Position numbers and translations under genes: made by a program
The notes under the pieces: model-generated
Databases searched by the model: none
Told to the model about the DNA's origin: nothing
Seen by the model: the letters and a program-made list of their open reading frames with translations, nothing else
Assembly: GCA_963662285.2 (NCBI GenBank)
Contig: CAXXMV010000008.1
Location: 544,001-608,000 of the forward strand
Source of the DNA: a bacterium
Lineage (GTDB): Bacteria; Hinthialibacterota; Hinthialibacteria; Hinthialibacterales; Hinthialibacteraceae
Direction of reading: 5' to 3'
DNA: 64,000 nucleotides
Shown here: piece by piece, positions 20,322 through 30,412 of the stretch
How the letters are laid out: every line of letters starts with the position of its first letter
How positions within the stretch are numbered: position 1 is the stretch's first letter

Positions 20322-22154
20322 ATGAAAACAAGAAGAATTGTCTCATCCGTAAAATGGTTCATCATACTTTTTGCTTTCACCAGTCTGCTTATCCAGCCAG
20401 TCGATATATTCGCCGGGAAACTGGAACCGAAGATTGATTTACGTGACGTGAAAACCGATGGCGAGATTGGCCGACGCATTGATATAACCATTAACAATAA
20501 TCTTTTGAAAATAGATGCTGACAAGGATTTTCTTAAACCATTTCAAGAGAGAAAAAGCAGTGGCGGTTATATTGGATTGGGTAAATTTATCGATAGCATG
20601 GTGCGTATGGCGGCGTATTCCAATGATGAGAAATTGCTTACGCTCAAAAACCATGTAGTGAGCGAAACCATCAAGACGCAAGAGGAAGATGGCTATATCG
20701 GCATCATGGCGCCGCAGCATCGGATGTGGAAACTGTGGGATATCCACGAGATGAACTATGTGGCGAATGGCCTGATTACGGACTACCATTTCTACCAAGA
20801 TGAAAAGTCGCTCAACGCGGCAGTTAAGTTGATTGATTACATCATCAAAAACTGGACTGAGAATCCAGACGGGATGAAGGGAACCAGCATAACTGTCTTC
20901 ATGGCCGTAACCGGTTTGGAAGAGACCCTGTTGATGATGTATGATGAGACTGGTTACCAACGCTATCTGGATTTCTGCGTTGATTTTAGACGACTGCCTC
21001 AGTGGGATTACCCCTTAGATTTGGGCCGTTGGGGAAAAATCGGCGGACATGCTTATGCATATATGCATCGCTGTCTGGCGCAATTGCGCTTGCATCAGAT
21101 TGAACCTGACGACGCTCTATTATCGCAAACCCAAAAGACGATCTCGTTCCTGACGCAGAAGGATGGTCTGTTGATTAACGGCGTATGCAGTCAGCATGAA
21201 TGTTGGCATGACACCCAGGATGGTACTGAAGGCCTGGGTGAGACCTGCGCCACGGCATACCTGATCCGGGTGTTGGATGAACTGATTCGCATGGAGCAAA
21301 ATTCGTTTTACGGCGACATGATGGAGCGCTCCATCTATAACGGCCTGTTCGCCGCCCAGTCGCCTGATGGCAGACGGTTGCGTTATTACGTCCCATTTGA
21401 CGGCGAGAGGGTTTACTTCGACGGCGACACCTATTGCTGCCCGTGCAATTACCGGCGCATCATCGCTGAACTGCCTTCGATGATTTATTACCGTATGGAT
21501 GGAGGAATTGCGGTCAATCTTTATTCTCCATCAAGTGCGTCTATTAAGTTAAGCAATGGAAACAAGGTGGAGATTAGTCAGGAGACGGATTACCCCAATA
21601 GCGGCAAGGTCAACATATCCATCAATCCCGATAAGCCCGCCTCATTTCCATTACGGCTGCGCATCCCCAGTTGGTGCAACGATGCCGAAGTAACAGTCAA
21701 TAATGATATGGTCAATATTCAGGCGGCCAGCGGTGAATTCCTGGTATTGAACCGAACCTGGAAAAATGGCGATAGCGTCACCTTGGATTTAGCCATGCCA
21801 TTGCGACTGGTTAAAGGACGCAAAGCTCAAGCGGGGCGCATGGCAATCATGCGCGGCCCTCAGTTGTTCTGCGTGAATCCAAAAGTTAACCAAGGTCTTG
21901 AAAACGTTGATCTTCATCAAGTTTTGATTGATCCCGATACATTGGAAGGACCATTTGAAGATGATACGGTTAGAAAGAATGGATTAGCCTGCACCATTAA
22001 GGGATGGAAGAGTATGGGTTTCACTCAAGGCGGTAATCATAATCTAGACTTGCGCCTGACCGAGTTCCCCGATCCAGATGGAACCGCCGCTTATTTCCGC
22101 GTCCGCCAAATGGGTTTAGTTGGCGTTGATGATGAACTGTTGGTTAAGGAGTAA
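20322..22154 (+). CDS. Glycoside hydrolase family 127 (beta-L-arabinofuranosidase-like), secreted
   Basis: Signal peptide; GHAY, ETCA, MERSIYN, YCCPCN, QETDYPNSG, LRIPSW. Confidence 0.85.
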   Translation: MKTRRIVSSVKWFIILFAFTSLLIQPVDIFAGKLEPKIDLRDVKTDGEIGRRIDITINNNLLKIDADKDFLKPFQERKSSGGYIGLGKFIDSMVRMAAYSNDEKLLTLKNHVVSETIKTQEEDGYIGIMAPQHRMWKLWDIHEMNYVANGLITDYHFYQDEKSLNAAVKLIDYIIKNWTENPDGMKGTSITVFMAVTGLEETLLMMYDETGYQRYLDFCVDFRRLPQWDYPLDLGRWGKIGGHAYAYMHRCLAQLRLHQIEPDDALLSQTQKTISFLTQKDGLLINGVCSQHECWHDTQDGTEGLGETCATAYLIRVLDELIRMEQNSFYGDMMERSIYNGLFAAQSPDGRRLRYYVPFDGERVYFDGDTYCCPCNYRRIIAELPSMIYYRMDGGIAVNLYSPSSASIKLSNGNKVEISQETDYPNSGKVNISINPDKPASFPLRLRIPSWCNDAEVTVNNDMVNIQAASGEFLVLNRTWKNGDSVTLDLAMPLRLVKGRKAQAGRMAIMRGPQLFCVNPKVNQGLENVDLHQVLIDPDTLEGPFEDDTVRKNGLACTIKGWKSMGFTQGGNHNLDLRLTEFPDPDGTAAYFRVRQMGLVGVDDELLVKE

Positions 22155-22203
22155 TAATGAGTGAGGGCGGAGGCTTTTGGTTACTCCCCCTCACCCTTTC
22201 CCT

Positions 22204-23710
22204 TGTAAAGGCCTGGGACATGGGTAACAGGTGTTCGGGGACATAGGTAACACATTTTCTGAGTGTATTCTAGCCTTGAAAGGAGGCGAAGAATATGCCC
22301 TGGAACGAGGTGGACCTTATGTCTCTGAGAAAAGAATTCGTATTGTTGAGCCAGCAAGAAGAAAGCAACATCAGCCAATTATGTAAACGGTTTGATATCA
22401 GCCGTAAGACGGGTTACAAATGGATCAAACGGTACAAAGAAGGAGGAGTCGAAAATCTCCAAGACCGTTCCAAAAAACCCAATACTTGCCCTCATCAAAC
22501 AGATAAGTCTATCGAGCAAGCCATTACAGAAAATCGCGAAAAAGGATGGGGAGGACGCAAAATTCGCTCTCGTCTGATTCAATTGGGATACGAAAATGTT
22601 CCTAGCGCCAGCACTATTACTGCCGTGTTACGCCGACTGGGATTGCTGGATGAAAAGGAAAGTCACAAGCACAAAGCCTATAAGCGTTTTGAAAAAGATA
22701 CGCCCAACGAATTGTGGCAAATGGATTTCAAAGGAGATTTTCCCACGCTCAAAGCACGCTGTTATCCGCTCAGCATTCTGGATGATTGCACGCGCTTTGT
22801 TCCCGGATTATTTTCGTGCGCCAATCAGCAAAGGGAAACCGTGCAAGACTCCCTGGAAAGCGTGTTCAGGATGTATGGTATGCCTCGGGCGATGTTGATG
22901 GATAACGGAAGTCCGTGGGGAGGATGCAAAACCTGCGAATACACCAGATTGACAATATGGCTGATACGATTGGGTATTCGCGTGTATCACGGTCGCCCCT
23001 ACCATCCGCAAACCCAAGGCAAGGTCGAGCGATTTCACCGGACCTTTAAGCAAGAATTGCTGATAAGGGAATCGTTTGTGGATTTGGAATATTGCCAAAG
23101 GCGGTTTGATGAGTGGCGTTATGAATACAATTTTGAGCGTCCTCACGAAGCCCTGGATATGGATGTCCCGGCTAACCATTATACGTCCAGTCCTTTTGTT
23201 TATCCGGGAAGTTTGCCGGATATCGAGTACGCGCCGGGCAGCATTATCAGGAAGGTGCAACAAGGAGGTCGGGTGGCGTACCGTGGTGAAGATTACCGGG
23301 TGAGCCGCGCCCTGGTAGGATGCCCGGTTGCCTTGAAACCCGCTATGACCGATGGGATGATGGACGTATATTTTTGCCGACAAAAAATCAAGACGCTCGA
23401 TCTGCGTTTGAATGAAATCAAAGAAGATAACTTGGCAATCCAGAAAAAGGCGTCACAATAGAAATTGGTTGGGCGAAACGGAAGCGGGCGCTGCAGGAGT
23501 GCAACCCGCCAGGGATAGCCGATCCGAGGTGCGAGGGATAATGCAGGAGGTGAAATATTCACCTCCTCCCTCTAAGCCAACCAATTATCCTGAGCATCTC
23601 TAGATGCCTAAAAAAAAACTCAAACAATAACCTGGGATAAATCCCGGTTTTGATAAAAAACTGTAACCCATGTCCCCGAACATGTGTTACCCATCTACCC
23701 GGTCTGTACA
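22204..23710 (+). mobile_element. IS481-family insertion sequence, copy 2 (1507 bp, 5-bp TSD TCCCT)
   Basis: TCCCT at 22199-22203 and 23711-23715; I saw only a few differences from copy 1 (CC/TT in the leader; GGC/GTC codon). Confidence 0.93.
22295..23461 (+). CDS. IS481-family DDE transposase
   Basis: Identical to 15237-16403 except one Gly/Val change. Confidence 0.95.
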   Translation: MPWNEVDLMSLRKEFVLLSQQEESNISQLCKRFDISRKTGYKWIKRYKEGGVENLQDRSKKPNTCPHQTDKSIEQAITENREKGWGGRKIRSRLIQLGYENVPSASTITAVLRRLGLLDEKESHKHKAYKRFEKDTPNELWQMDFKGDFPTLKARCYPLSILDDCTRFVPGLFSCANQQRETVQDSLESVFRMYGMPRAMLMDNGSPWGGCKTCEYTRLTIWLIRLGIRVYHGRPYHPQTQGKVERFHRTFKQELLIRESFVDLEYCQRRFDEWRYEYNFERPHEALDMDVPANHYTSSPFVYPGSLPDIEYAPGSIIRKVQQGGRVAYRGEDYRVSRALVGCPVALKPAMTDGMMDVYFCRQKIKTLDLRLNEIKEDNLAIQKKASQ

Positions 23711-23781
23711 TCCCTCTCCCGGTAGGCTACTCTCCATACACAAATCAAAAGAGGAGAATGAAACGGGGAGCATCATAAAAT

Positions 23782-23805
23782 GGGGAGCATCGGCTTCTAG
23801 CCGGT
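23782..23805 (+). repeat. REP-like palindrome family C (GGGGAGCATCGGCTTCTAGCCGGT)
   Basis: Copies at 24026-24049 (rc), 37175-37198, 40913-40936, 42233-42256 (rc) and 42325-42348 (rc). Confidence 0.85.
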
Positions 23806-23879
23806 GTGTCAAATAGAATAGAATGAGCTCCATTACGCATAATCATTTCCATGGAGATAGGGGGATGAAAAATGAATAA

Positions 23880-24056
23880 CCGATTTGTGTTGTGATGCCG
23901 GATCACGTGCATATCCTCCTTACGCTATTGGAAATTCCAAACCTTGGATATCATTCGATCACAACAATACTTCATAGCATTAAAAGTTATTCATCAATAG
24001 AAGCAAAGCAGTTAGGGATTGGCGTACCGGCTAGAAGCCGATGCTCCCCTTTTTGA
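23880..24056 (+). pseudogene. Remnant of REP-associated tyrosine transposase (RAYT/TnpA-Y1, HUH)
   Basis: Manual translation ICVVMPDHVHILLTLL...SITTILHSIKSYSS; HUH motif present, no start codon, C-terminal Tyr region absent; lies between inverted family C REPs. Confidence 0.75.
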
Positions 24057-24245
24057 TGTTCCCCTTTTTGATGTTCCCCTTTTTGATGCTCTTTGGTTAT
24101 TGATAGAGTGTTTTTTCAGTTTATAAGAGGTAGGTGTATTGCCACTGCTTCAATTTCACAACAATGTGTACGGAGAGTAACCCGGTAGGAGAGGGGATAT
24201 TAAGCCATAAGTGATAGAATCAAGGGCTAAACGCATTGAAGATAA

Positions 24246-24280
24246 AAGATGGGATGCGCTTTCGCTTTATCCCATCTTAC
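24246..24280 (-). repeat. GTAG-type REP hairpin (GATGGGA..CGCTTTCGCTTTATC(C/T)CATC(T/C)TAC)
   Basis: Second copy at 27835-27867. Confidence 0.65.
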
Positions 24281-24296
24281 GTTGATTAGTCATATC

Positions 24297-25856
24297 CTAC
24301 TTAGTGGTTTTAAGCATATCACCAGGGATTAAATCGCGTCCCGCAAAGCCTGAAAAATCGCGGGAATAGCGGTGTATGGTTAATATTCCCACCCGATATC
24401 CAAACGTTGTAGAATCAAGTGATTCTTGATCACTGATGGGAACAATATAACTCCACACTATTTCCTGTTTATCATAAGTTACTTCGAAAATGATTCCGCT
24501 CATACCATCGCAAATCAGAGTATTCCCATTGGGTAAGCGTTGCGTTCCGGAAAGATACGAAACATAGAAATCCGTCGGGGTTGGCGCCGTATACATCCAA
24601 TCCGCCTTCTCCGGTTTGAAGACCTGTCCGATTTCTTTGAGGTAATTGCCTTCAGGGTCTAACGGCAATTGGATTTCATCAATGGAAGAATAATTCCCCA
24701 TGCGCCTGCCGCGGCCATTATTAAAGATTAACAGGTTGCCCTCGCCCTTCGTTCCAGGTTCAATCCAACGCACATCATGTTGGGCGAAGAGCTGCTGGTC
24801 TTTCATTGTTCCGGCGTCATACGCCATAGGGTTGCCCCACCGATAAAGTAGGTCGCCGCCCTTGCCTCGCCTACCACCAGAATGACCTGCGGCTTCCCAG
24901 GTGGATGTACTATGATCGATGATCCAGATTTCATTAAATTCCCGCACGCTGATTGCGATTTGATCAAGTTGAGGATTGTAGGATATAGCATTGATATGCG
25001 TCCAATCCGGTTCAGCTGAAAGGGATCTGGAATTACTTGATCCACTAATATAACCCAACGATCTTAGATGTTCGAGATCCGCCGAACTTGTTTCATTATT
25101 GCCATTGATATAGTTGAGATTAATGAGTTCCGGATGGTCAATCATATCGCCGTAATTCGGTTGAATCGAATTGTAATCCTGGATTAGGTGATCCCAAACA
25201 TGCCATTCCCAAACGATTTCTCCGGATGTAGGTCCGGTTGGCTTTACCTCAATTATCTTGTCAGACCATACATCAGTCTCTTCATGTATTTTCTGCACCC
25301 GGCCTGCTTGGATGGCTTCTTCCGCTGTTTTTCGCTCCCAGGCGATCATCAATATATTACCATTAGGCAAGGGAGCAATTCCATGATGAAGAAGATAATC
25401 ACTGCTTGCATACTCGAAGTCCCATATCAAAGAACCATCCCATGTAAACTCCTGAACCCGCCCACTTTCACCGCCGCTGTGAAATGGAAGATCATGATTG
25501 TTATCCGAGGTTCCCGTGCGAAGAAGATGACCATTATCCAGCAAATACGCGGAAAGTCCCGGCGCATCAGTGATCCATTGGTTCACAATCCGGCTTTGAT
25601 TATCAATTAAATAGGTTGATTTGGAATTGATGCTGTTTATTAACGTAAGGCCATCGAATGCTTGTGCAGAATTCCGGACTACTCCAACTTTCACTTCTTG
25701 AGAATTATCGGATAAAGCAAAAAATAGTTGAGGCGCCTTGTCATGTTTGAATTTTGCATCAAAAAGAGAATGAGGTTTAATCACAATCAATACAGCAACC
25801 AGGATTAAACAAAACGCAAAACACAACAACATAAAATTTATTGTTCTTCTTACCAT
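24297..25856 (-). CDS. Aryl-sulfate sulfotransferase-family beta-propeller protein
   Basis: N-terminal TM; LHHGIAPLPNGN, WEWHVWDHL, DWTHINA, LLYRWGNP, QHD, QRLPNGNTLI. Confidence 0.85.
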   Translation of the reverse strand: MVRRTINFMLLCFAFCLILVAVLIVIKPHSLFDAKFKHDKAPQLFFALSDNSQEVKVGVVRNSAQAFDGLTLINSINSKSTYLIDNQSRIVNQWITDAPGLSAYLLDNGHLLRTGTSDNNHDLPFHSGGESGRVQEFTWDGSLIWDFEYASSDYLLHHGIAPLPNGNILMIAWERKTAEEAIQAGRVQKIHEETDVWSDKIIEVKPTGPTSGEIVWEWHVWDHLIQDYNSIQPNYGDMIDHPELINLNYINGNNETSSADLEHLRSLGYISGSSNSRSLSAEPDWTHINAISYNPQLDQIAISVREFNEIWIIDHSTSTWEAAGHSGGRRGKGGDLLYRWGNPMAYDAGTMKDQQLFAQHDVRWIEPGTKGEGNLLIFNNGRGRRMGNYSSIDEIQLPLDPEGNYLKEIGQVFKPEKADWMYTAPTPTDFYVSYLSGTQRLPNGNTLICDGMSGIIFEVTYDKQEIVWSYIVPISDQESLDSTTFGYRVGILTIHRYSRDFSGFAGRDLIPGDMLKTTK

Positions 25857-26428
25857 GATACCCTATGCCTCGTTAGAAAAATCAACTGGTGAATTCGGGT
25901 GCTTGTAAATCGGCAAGCGTGCGACATAATGCTCAGGCGCTTAGGGCAATGTAAAGTTACATATTAAAGTGTACGTAAAATCTTAAGTAATCGCATCATG
26001 GGGCTAACCGCGTTGCAGGCTTTCCCTTGGCGTATATATTTGTTATTGTCTTAACCTCCCGTAGTAGATTCTCAAGAGTTATATATACAAGGAGTATCAT
26101 GATTTTCGTCAAGCGTCCACTTTTTGAACTAATCATTTATTTTTGTGAAATGCCTCAATCATGCGTATTTACTTGTTTATGTAAGATATTACTTGCTGAT
26201 TACAGTCTTTATTATGTATTAAGAAAGATGAATTAGGTTTATCGGTTGTAATATTGTTAAATATGAATTGATTACTGTGTAAGGGATTTTGCGTGTTGTG
26301 CTTTATTTCTGGAGGACGCCAAGTGTTTAACCACAATGCGGTCAGCGATTCAGGCTATTGCTAACGATTCGAGTATTGCTTCTCCTTGCCATTACTCCCC
26401 GCTTTAGCCCACTATACCAAAACGGCTC

Positions 26429-27751
26429 TCATTCTGTTTCTGGAAGGCGGGCGCCTAGAATCACTCCTGTAAGGCTGAATATTGAGAATAATAATAACAT
26501 ACCGGATGCACCGAGCCAGGGAGTCAACAAGCCCAGCGAACTGCTTACTAACAGGATGGCGCCTATTACAGTGTTGCTGACCGCTACGTAATCGGTGCGC
26601 TTGGTACCTCCTGCCAGATCAAGGATATAGGTCTTCCGGCCGATTCGTACGCCGCTATGGGCGATAGATAACGCAAAGAACGCGATGGGAATAATCCAGG
26701 CGAATCCCGCTTGCAGCACGCCGCAGAAATCCAGCGTAAACAGAATAAATCCCAGCGCGGCGGCGATTGATGAAGCGATCATAAGCACCGTCCGGCTGGA
26801 ACGATCCGCATAGCGACCCCAGAAAGCGCTGCTCAACGCTGAGGCGAAACCGCTGGCCAGCACAAAAAAGCCTAATAGTTCCCCGCCCCCACCGGATTGA
26901 TAAGCCAACATCATATAGTATGGACCGGAGAGAGCTGTTGATATCAATAAAGCCCGCACAATAACAAAACGCCGGAATGGCGCATCGGTGCGCAGAATAT
27001 CCAACCGCTTGAGCGCTTCGGTCAAGGCGTTTCCTCCGCCTTCAGTCGATCCGGGAACTTCAGCGATCCGGGAGAAAATCCCCCCGGCGATTAACCAAAG
27101 CGCCGCGCCAAAACCGAGCAGGACGGCAAACAATAATGGAGAAGCGTCCTGCCCCACCCATCCCACAAGCGCAAACCCCATAATCAAAGTAAGGACGCCG
27201 GATACCGCCGCCGAATAACCCGTCAGCCGCCCACGACGCGTTTTGGGAATGGTCTTTCCGGTTACATCCTTCGAAGCCACCGAACACAAACCCCGCGCTA
27301 AACTGAAAAACAGCATAACGCCAATGATAGCCGCTCCGGTTCCCGGCCCGCGCATAAACAGCGCAATACAGGCCAACGCCGCCATAGCCAGACTTTGCAG
27401 AATCGCGCTCAGCAATAAAGCGTTTTTACGTAAAGAAAAACTCCGCACGTATTTCGCAATAATCAGCTGCGGAAGCATGGAGAATGACTCGCGGATCGGA
27501 ACTAAAAAGCCGACCCAGAACGAAGAAGCCCCGACCGCCTCCAGCAACCAGGGCATCACGGTCTTGGCGTTAGATATTTCATCCGCCAGTTTAGTTAAAG
27601 TCTGCGCCGCTCCCAGACGAAAGAAATTCTGCGGGACATCCGAGCAGGACTCTTCAGGAATATCTTTACAAACCCGCGCATCCTCATCATCAAAGAGGAA
27701 TTGATAAAATTTTTCAGTACGTGGTTTTGATTTAATGTTATGATTGGTCAT
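26429..27751 (-). CDS. MFS permease
   Basis: About 12 hydrophobic segments; DARVCKDIPEESC N-terminus; GKTIPKTRRGRL; WGRYADRSSR. Confidence 0.85.
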   Translation of the reverse strand: MTNHNIKSKPRTEKFYQFLFDDEDARVCKDIPEESCSDVPQNFFRLGAAQTLTKLADEISNAKTVMPWLLEAVGASSFWVGFLVPIRESFSMLPQLIIAKYVRSFSLRKNALLLSAILQSLAMAALACIALFMRGPGTGAAIIGVMLFFSLARGLCSVASKDVTGKTIPKTRRGRLTGYSAAVSGVLTLIMGFALVGWVGQDASPLLFAVLLGFGAALWLIAGGIFSRIAEVPGSTEGGGNALTEALKRLDILRTDAPFRRFVIVRALLISTALSGPYYMMLAYQSGGGGELLGFFVLASGFASALSSAFWGRYADRSSRTVLMIASSIAAALGFILFTLDFCGVLQAGFAWIIPIAFFALSIAHSGVRIGRKTYILDLAGGTKRTDYVAVSNTVIGAILLVSSSLGLLTPWLGASGMLLLFSIFSLTGVILGARLPETE

Positions 27752-27908
27752 AGTGTTGGGCTTTCGTTTGGTCTTTCATACACTTTTTGCTTACTCATCA
27801 TTAATGATATCAAAACCATAGAAGACTTAAAACTGATGGGACACGCTTTCGCTTTATCTCATCCTACTTTTTTGACCTTGGGCGCGCATTCCGGCGTAAT
27901 ATCAATCC

Positions 27909-29321
27909 TCATCCCGGAAAATTCGGATTGTCTGGACACATGGTTGCATCAACCGATTTGAGCCACTTATGCAACTGCTTCTGCATGACTTTGGTTTTAC
28001 GGAGATTCTGCATAGCGATATTTCTCTTCTCGCTGATATCTTCTTTCAAGTTATATAGTTCCAATGTTCCATCTTCATAACGTTCAATCAGCTTAAAATC
28101 TCCCTGACGGATAACGCCGCCCAGTCGTCCCTTCTGGTTGGCGTAATGGGGATAGTGCCAATAAATTGCATCCCGTTTCAGTTTGCCTTTTTGGCTTAAG
28201 AGAGGGTAGATATTCTCTCCATCAATAGCGCCATTGGTTTCGGGTTTATCCACTCCAGCGGCGTGAAGCAGGGTTGGGAACAGGTCAACCGTACTGACCG
28301 CTTCGTTGCATACCACTCCGGGTTTGACTACTCCAGGCCATTTCACAACCCAGGGAACCCGGATGCCCCCTTCATACAAATGTCCCTTTCCGCCGCGCAG
28401 GGGAGTATTGCAGGTAGCCGGAGTATTGCTGCCTTCCTCAACCGAAAGGCCGCCATTGTCGGATGTGAATACCACAATGGTATTATCATCAACGCCGTTT
28501 TTCTTCAGCGCCTGTATCACTTTGCCAACGCTTTTATCTATGCTTTCAACCATAGCTGCATAGATGGGATTATTCTGCCCGTTCCATGCTGGTTTATCCT
28601 TGTATTTATCAATCATGGCCTGTTTGGCTTCTAGGGGAATATGGACTGCGTAATGGGCTAAATACAGGAAAAATGGATTATCATGGTTGGCGTCAATAAA
28701 AGCCGCCGCTTCGTCTCCCAAACGGTCAGGCAGATATTCGTTCTCCTTGCGTCCTTCTATCGGTGGATTCTTACCCCACTTGGGCCAGAAGAAACTGCGC
28801 GGCATACCCGAATAACAACCGCCGATGTTGACGTCAAAGCCCTGGTCTTCTGGGAAGTACCCCTTCCCTCCCAAGTGCCATTTGCCGATATGGCAGGTCT
28901 TGTATCCCGCTGATTTTAATCCTTCGGCCAGAGTGACTTCTTCCAAAGGCAGTTGGCGCTCATAATCCACTGGTAGTACAGGCGAATCATTTCTCTTTCT
29001 CGTACCATAGAGGAAATTGGTCAGATGCAGACGCGCAGGATATTTCCCTGTCATGATGCTGGCCCGCGTTGGCGAGCAGACCGGACAGGCCGCATAGCCG
29101 TCAGTGAACCGCATTCCCTCAGCCGCCAGTTGATCAACATTGGGCGTCTCGTAATATTGGCTGCCATTGCATGAGACGTCGTTCCAGCCCATATCATCGA
29201 TGACGACGACCACGATATTGGGTTTCTTATCCGACGCCAAAGCCAATGAAGGCAGACCCGCGCAAGCCGCCGCTGATAATGAAGCGCGAAGCATATCTCT
29301 ACGCGTAATTTTTTTATCCAT
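27909..29321 (-). CDS. Sulfatase (S1), Tat-exported
   Basis: TRRDML; DDMG, CSPTRASIMTG, GKWHLG, SDNGG. Confidence 0.93.
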   Translation of the reverse strand: MDKKITRRDMLRASLSAAACAGLPSLALASDKKPNIVVVVIDDMGWNDVSCNGSQYYETPNVDQLAAEGMRFTDGYAACPVCSPTRASIMTGKYPARLHLTNFLYGTRKRNDSPVLPVDYERQLPLEEVTLAEGLKSAGYKTCHIGKWHLGGKGYFPEDQGFDVNIGGCYSGMPRSFFWPKWGKNPPIEGRKENEYLPDRLGDEAAAFIDANHDNPFFLYLAHYAVHIPLEAKQAMIDKYKDKPAWNGQNNPIYAAMVESIDKSVGKVIQALKKNGVDDNTIVVFTSDNGGLSVEEGSNTPATCNTPLRGGKGHLYEGGIRVPWVVKWPGVVKPGVVCNEAVSTVDLFPTLLHAAGVDKPETNGAIDGENIYPLLSQKGKLKRDAIYWHYPHYANQKGRLGGVIRQGDFKLIERYEDGTLELYNLKEDISEKRNIAMQNLRKTKVMQKQLHKWLKSVDATMCPDNPNFPG

Positions 29322-29520
29322 TATTTTCCCCGATGTAAGTAGATGATATTTCCATTCTACTATATTGATTACATAAGAATCCAGAGAGATAGTACGTATA
29401 ATGTTTATTTCTTATAATGCAATTGTCTTTAGAGAATTTCTATAATTCATATTCGTCATATTTCCCAGACGCTTTAATGGACATTTTCGCAAATAAAAGA
29501 TACCTTCTCATTTATAATGT

Positions 29521-30405
29521 ATGATGAAGGAGAAGATTATGCTGTGGCGCATTGTAGTTCTGGCACTCGTTGTGCTGGCTATTTTTTCCGGGATTAAACA
29601 CCAGTCGAATATACAGCATACTCAAACTGCTGTAACTACAGCACAACCTACGCCTCTACCGTCCCCAACTCCACAGACGCCGCAGTTTTCGCGTAGCGTG
29701 GTTGAAGGAAAAAGTATATATAAATATCTTTGTTTCCTGCCTGAAGGTTATGGTAAAGAACCGAAGTTCTGGCCATGCATCATCTTCTTACATGGTCAAT
29801 GCTCTAATGATGATTTAGAAAAGCTCAAAGGTTTTGGTCCAGTTAAATATGCCTTGAACCATGATGATTTCCCATTCATTGCGGTTGCTCCCGCAACGGC
29901 TAATGGCTGGAACGTCACTATGGTAAACCTATTTTTAACTGAGATGTCGGGGCTTTACCGCATTGATCAGGATCGCATCTATTTAACCGGGCACAGCATG
30001 GGAGCGCATGCTACATGGAAAATAGCCGCCGCATATCCTCATCGTTTCGCCGCCATTGCGCCAGTTTCAGGCGCGGGTAATCCTCGGCAGGCCATCAGAA
30101 AACACCTGCACCTGCCAACATGGGTATTTCATGGCGCCAGGGATACCGTTGTCCCGGTTGAACGCGGCTTGCAAATGGCCGGAGCATTAAAAGGCGCCGG
30201 AGGCAATGTAAAATCTACCATATATATTGAACAAGGACATGATATATGGGATGAGGCGTATAATGATCAGCAATTATATGATTGGTTGTTACAGCATAAA
30301 AGACCATCCCCGAAAATCAAGAAAGAGAATCTTCAAAGCAATACGGGCGCCAAGGGCAGCGTTCTTACTGGTCCTGGCGCCCAACTAACTGATAGCGGAT
30401 CATGA
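29521..30405 (+). CDS. Secreted/membrane-anchored alpha/beta esterase (phospholipase/dienelactone hydrolase-like)
   Basis: IFLHG, RIYLTGHSMGA, WVFHGARDTVVP, GHDIW. Confidence 0.8.
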   Translation: MMKEKIMLWRIVVLALVVLAIFSGIKHQSNIQHTQTAVTTAQPTPLPSPTPQTPQFSRSVVEGKSIYKYLCFLPEGYGKEPKFWPCIIFLHGQCSNDDLEKLKGFGPVKYALNHDDFPFIAVAPATANGWNVTMVNLFLTEMSGLYRIDQDRIYLTGHSMGAHATWKIAAAYPHRFAAIAPVSGAGNPRQAIRKHLHLPTWVFHGARDTVVPVERGLQMAGALKGAGGNVKSTIYIEQGHDIWDEAYNDQQLYDWLLQHKRPSPKIKKENLQSNTGAKGSVLTGPGAQLTDSGS

Positions 30406-30412
30406 AACTTTA

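Noticed and set aside
15146-23710. Composite transposon formed by the two IS481 copies
   Set aside because: Each copy has its own matching TSD (GGCTT, TCCCT), indicating independent insertions.
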